A stretch of DNA of 64,000 nucleotides from Candidatus Obscuribacteraceae bacterium (lineage in GTDB: Bacteria; Cyanobacteriota; Vampirovibrionia; Obscuribacterales; Obscuribacteraceae), in assembly GCA_044226015.1 (NCBI GenBank), contig JBGAHS010000002.1:1171435-1235434 (forward strand), in the 5' to 3' direction. Below, in pieces: positions 60,570 through 64,000 of this stretch. The position numbers were made by a program, and so were the translations under genes. A model generated the notes under the pieces. That model saw only the letters and a list, made by a program, of their open reading frames with translations. It searched no databases and was not told the origin of the DNA. The first letter of the stretch is position 1; each line of letters starts with the position of its first letter.

Positions 60570-61040
60570 ATGGAAATTTTGGAACTCCACAGTTTAATGC
60601 AAGAAACTCTTGCCGAAGCAAAACGCTGCGAAATGGACGTGCCGGTTGGAGCCATCATCGTCAAAGACGGGGAAATAATTTCACGCGGCTTTAATCAAAG
60701 AGAGCAATTAAACGACCCCATTGGTCACGCAGAAATCATAGCCATAAAACAGGCTGCCCTGAAACTGGGAAGCTGGCGCCTCAGTGGTTGCATCCTGTTT
60801 TGCACGCTAGAGCCCTGCCCAATGTGTGCCGAAGCAGCAATACAAAGCCGCATTAGCAAGATTGTGTTTTCAGCTTACGACCCTGTTGCGGGCGCTGCAG
60901 GAACAGTGTTCAATCTGTTCGCAAATAGAAAGGCTTTACCAACACCAGAGTTGATTGGTGGCATACTGGAAAAAGAAGGAGTCGCGTTGCTAAAAGATTT
61001 TTTCGAGCAACGAAGAAAAGAAAATGATGCCAAAAAGTAA
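60570..61040 (+). CDS. tadA: tRNA adenosine(34) deaminase-like nucleoside deaminase
   Basis: VPVGA, HAE, TLEPCPMC, LLKDFFEQRR. Confidence 0.85.
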   Translation: MEILELHSLMQETLAEAKRCEMDVPVGAIIVKDGEIISRGFNQREQLNDPIGHAEIIAIKQAALKLGSWRLSGCILFCTLEPCPMCAEAAIQSRISKIVFSAYDPVAGAAGTVFNLFANRKALPTPELIGGILEKEGVALLKDFFEQRRKENDAKK

Positions 61041-62694
61041 ACCGCCAGTTTTCCTCCTCAGCCTTCTGGTTTGCCTGATTGCCAGCCCGAAGACGATTAG
61101 CGCGGAAGGGCTTCCTGAGGCTAAGCCCAAGAAACAGATTAGCTACGCAAATGATCTGCTGGCGCTTCGTCCAGACGAATCCATACGCCATCTCTGCGCT
61201 CCCTTAAATGAGGCTTTGAGGAAGTCTGATTTCAAACTCGCAGCAAACATCATGCGCTGTATTGCACTCTCATTCAGATTCGACGAAAACGATAGAGCCG
61301 CTTGCCAGGCAGCTTTAATGGCAACAAGGTTAGATCCGAACAACGCTCTGGCAGAGTTTCAGGCTGCAGAATATTTGAACAGAAACGGAGAACAAACACT
61401 CAGCGAGAGCATCCTCGAAAAGATTGCAGAGGGCAAAGATGAGCGCCTGGCTCTTCGAGCCTCAGCGTTTCTAGCGCATCAGAAGGGTTACACCGGAAAA
61501 GCAATGGAACTGATGCAGCGCTACCTGGAGAAGTATCCAGATGATCAACGGACATTGCTGCGCCTTTGCTACATCTATCAAAACATCGACGATCGCGATG
61601 ATGCTGCCATTTCGTACAAACGCTTAGCAGAACTCAGTGACACTGAATACTTGCGCCAGATTTACCTCGGCAGAGCAGCAGAAGTAGAAAACAAACTAAA
61701 CGATGCCATCAAGGCATATCAAAAAGCAGGAAACTTCCTTCCTTACGACCCCCTCTGGCACTCACAGCTCGCAGCAATATTTTTGAAACAGCAGAAATTG
61801 AAAGAAGCAGATTATCAATTGAAACAATGCTTTGAATGCAGCAGATTACTGAGCAGCGCATATTCCAACTGGGCAGTAAAAGAATCCTTCTTCGGTAGCT
61901 CTAAGCAAGCCCATCAAGCTATCGCTTACATTCAAGAATTACGACCAAATGCCAGCGAGATTTGGCTGGTAAATGGAATTATTTTGGAGCGAGAGAACCG
62001 CAGCAAAGAAGCAGTTGAGTCCTTTCGCAAATCACTAAGCTTGAATTGCCACAACAGTTCTGTCTACCAACATCTCTTGCAAGCAGCAGAGTTTTCCGCT
62101 AGCACAAAACGCAAAGAACTCTGCAAACAGTGGGTTGACGCCTGCCCAAGCTCAGGACTAGCTGCAATCGAATTGGCAAATGCAATTGCCAGAGAGAATG
62201 ATCCCGCAGCAACCCGGAAAGCATATGAGAAAGCCCGAGATCTCGTTCGGAACAGACGCCCCCCGTCCGATCCCAACTACAGAATCGCAATCTGCAAAAT
62301 GCGCGCACAACTGTCTGTAATCTATTACAAGAACAAAGAGAAGGAATCTGCACTGGAAGAAGCAAAGGCTTTCAATTCATTGCGACCAGAATCTGCTGCG
62401 AACATGGGGATGCGTCCTCCAAAAATAGATCTCAGCAAAATTAAAGACAAGGAACTAAAAGCAGCTGAGCATGCCCTTCTAGCCGATGTGCTCAGTGAAA
62501 CCAGAGATCTGAATGATGCTGAAAAAGAATACCGCGAAGCAATAAAGCAAGACCCCAACGACAGCATGTATCATTCCTGCCTTCTGAAAGTTCTGCTAGA
62601 CAAAAAAGATTTCGCCGCAGCTGCCGCTGAAGATGCAAAAGTAAGTCACCAAATTGTGAGTCATGTGGGTGACATCTTCAGCAAGAAGAAATGA
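61024..62694 (+). CDS. Secreted TPR-repeat protein
   Basis: Signal peptide; multiple TPR-like A...Y..A...P units. Confidence 0.78.
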   Translation: MMPKSKPPVFLLSLLVCLIASPKTISAEGLPEAKPKKQISYANDLLALRPDESIRHLCAPLNEALRKSDFKLAANIMRCIALSFRFDENDRAACQAALMATRLDPNNALAEFQAAEYLNRNGEQTLSESILEKIAEGKDERLALRASAFLAHQKGYTGKAMELMQRYLEKYPDDQRTLLRLCYIYQNIDDRDDAAISYKRLAELSDTEYLRQIYLGRAAEVENKLNDAIKAYQKAGNFLPYDPLWHSQLAAIFLKQQKLKEADYQLKQCFECSRLLSSAYSNWAVKESFFGSSKQAHQAIAYIQELRPNASEIWLVNGIILERENRSKEAVESFRKSLSLNCHNSSVYQHLLQAAEFSASTKRKELCKQWVDACPSSGLAAIELANAIARENDPAATRKAYEKARDLVRNRRPPSDPNYRIAICKMRAQLSVIYYKNKEKESALEEAKAFNSLRPESAANMGMRPPKIDLSKIKDKELKAAEHALLADVLSETRDLNDAEKEYREAIKQDPNDSMYHSCLLKVLLDKKDFAAAAAEDAKVSHQIVSHVGDIFSKKK

Positions 62695-62962
62695 AGCTTA
62701 GTTCCTTGCAGAGGCTCACGCGAAGTCCATATCCACCAAATTGACGAAATTACGAAGACCTCTTTTAAATCTAATACGCAGCCTGGCTCGTAGCGCCTGC
62801 GTCCTACGCTAGGCTGCGAGTATTCCAGGTTCCCCTTACTCTTTTGGAGACTAACCCGTAGATTAGCCTCACTCAAACGCGATTGAGTCCACGCAACTTC
62901 CCCTGGAGGAAGCCGCGATCGCGCATCCTCGGACTTAGGTCCACATCTTGGAAGGGTTTACT

Positions 62963-63727
62963 ATGCTACGCCCAATTTCCGTTGTTGACTGGGATGCATG
63001 CCGACTCCCACACTACGACCGCGAAGCCCTGCTGTTAGCCTTCAAGAATGTCGAGCTAGACATCGGAGACGAACACGGCACTCCTGCAGAAGTTGTTGCG
63101 CGCTACGATTCCGCATTCAAACTTCAGCAAGAGCACAAGTTTACGGAGGCTGTTGAGCTTTACCGCCAGGTAGAGGAACTAGCGCAAGCCAGTGGCAATC
63201 CGGTTCTGGCAATGATGGCGCAACACCAGCGCTTTGTTTGCACCCAGACTGGACACATGCTCATCCGCGAGCTGGCATTGCTCATCAACTACCTCCCCAC
63301 TCTCTACGAAGAACTCGAAGCACCAACAGCTCATGCCATGCGGCTGACGGTCGCCATGAAAGAATTCGAGTCCCTCGTCCGCAGCAATCACATGCTTCTC
63401 AAAGCTCAGGAGCAAGGACGCTACGCCAGAACTCGACTCTCTGCCATCGAAGAGATGATTGCCGAGTGTTCGTTCGAACGTGCAGAGAATTTCGCTCGGG
63501 AAACCGCCCGTGTGCTCGCCGAATCACTCGGCGAAGACCACTGGTGGCGAGCTATTCTCTTGCTCAAGCAAGCAGAGTGCTTGAAAGCACTGAACAAGCT
63601 CGAAGAAGCCCGCGCAGTCCTCAAGGTCTGCGACATGATTTTTGCTGAATGGTGCTGCTCTGAAGAGCACATTCTCTTTCCCTACGTGCGTCAATTCGTG
63701 GTGCTGAGCCGCTCGGTTGGCGCTTGA
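62963..63727 (+). CDS. Hypothetical helical-repeat (TPR-like) protein
   Basis: LGEDHW, AECLKALNKLEEAR. Confidence 0.6.
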   Translation: MLRPISVVDWDACRLPHYDREALLLAFKNVELDIGDEHGTPAEVVARYDSAFKLQQEHKFTEAVELYRQVEELAQASGNPVLAMMAQHQRFVCTQTGHMLIRELALLINYLPTLYEELEAPTAHAMRLTVAMKEFESLVRSNHMLLKAQEQGRYARTRLSAIEEMIAECSFERAENFARETARVLAESLGEDHWWRAILLLKQAECLKALNKLEEARAVLKVCDMIFAEWCCSEEHILFPYVRQFVVLSRSVGA

Positions 63728-63770
63728 TTCCCACTTACAAACATCATCACTTGACTGGAGAAATCTAGAA

Positions 63771-63944
63771 ATGTCGAAAGACAAAAACGAAGAAACGAAG
63801 CAGGACCCTCGCGAACAGCAACCCAGCGCTCCCGCCAACTCGGGAACGTCGGCGAGCGACGCGAAACCTGCCGACAGCCCGAAGCCCAGCGACAGCCGCC
63901 CTGACTGGCTCGGATGCGGACCTACCGGTTTCGGTGGCTGCTAA
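63771..63944 (+). CDS. Small protein, disordered with Cys/Gly-rich C-terminus
   Basis: GGAG RBS; ends DWLGCGPTGFGGC. Confidence 0.5.
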   Translation: MSKDKNEETKQDPREQQPSAPANSGTSASDAKPADSPKPSDSRPDWLGCGPTGFGGC

Positions 63945-64000
63945 TTCGCTTGCCTGATTAACGCATATTGGTGCAAGAGTGTTCTTTGCACCGATTCTTC

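Noticed and set aside
1..64000. tRNA, rRNA, transposase or integrase genes
   Set aside because: None recognised by eye; tRNAscan-SE, Infernal and ISEScan would be needed to exclude them

Overview
Bacterial genomic window. Gene style (TadE/G-like N-terminus protein, low-complexity acidic proteins with LPxLxL motifs, many TPR proteins) suggests Melainabacteria/Obscuribacterales, but this is inference only. (1) 1-25 kb is a lipid-metabolism region: acyl-CoA synthetase, crotonase, three PlsC-type acyltransferases, two patatins, a fatty-acid hydroxylase, and a 1382-aa fusion of catalase-like, alpha-dioxygenase-like heme peroxidase, TM and caleosin-like domains. It is punctuated by a dispersed repeat family with the palindromic core GATCGATATCGATC. 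(2) 26.8-38.4 kb holds housekeeping and regulatory genes (dapC-dapD-dapE, S9 peptidase, third patatin, OmpR-type regulator, MocR regulator). (3) 38.8-52.9 kb is the most notable part, an apparent bacterial ubiquitin-like conjugation locus: a membrane-anchored long helical protein, a tandem double-E2-like protein (one catalytic-looking, one degenerate copy), a JAB protease, a ThiF/E1, two near-identical Ubls ending LAG-N, four paralogous coiled-coil proteins (one shares an N-terminal domain with the E2), conserved RNA hairpins with compensatory changes, and a convergent paralog of the first gene plus a TPM-like gene. (4) 53-64 kb contains bdhA, TPR and secreted proteins, speB and tadA. No rRNA, tRNA, CRISPR array or transposase was recognised. 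All assignments come from visual motif recognition, not database searches.
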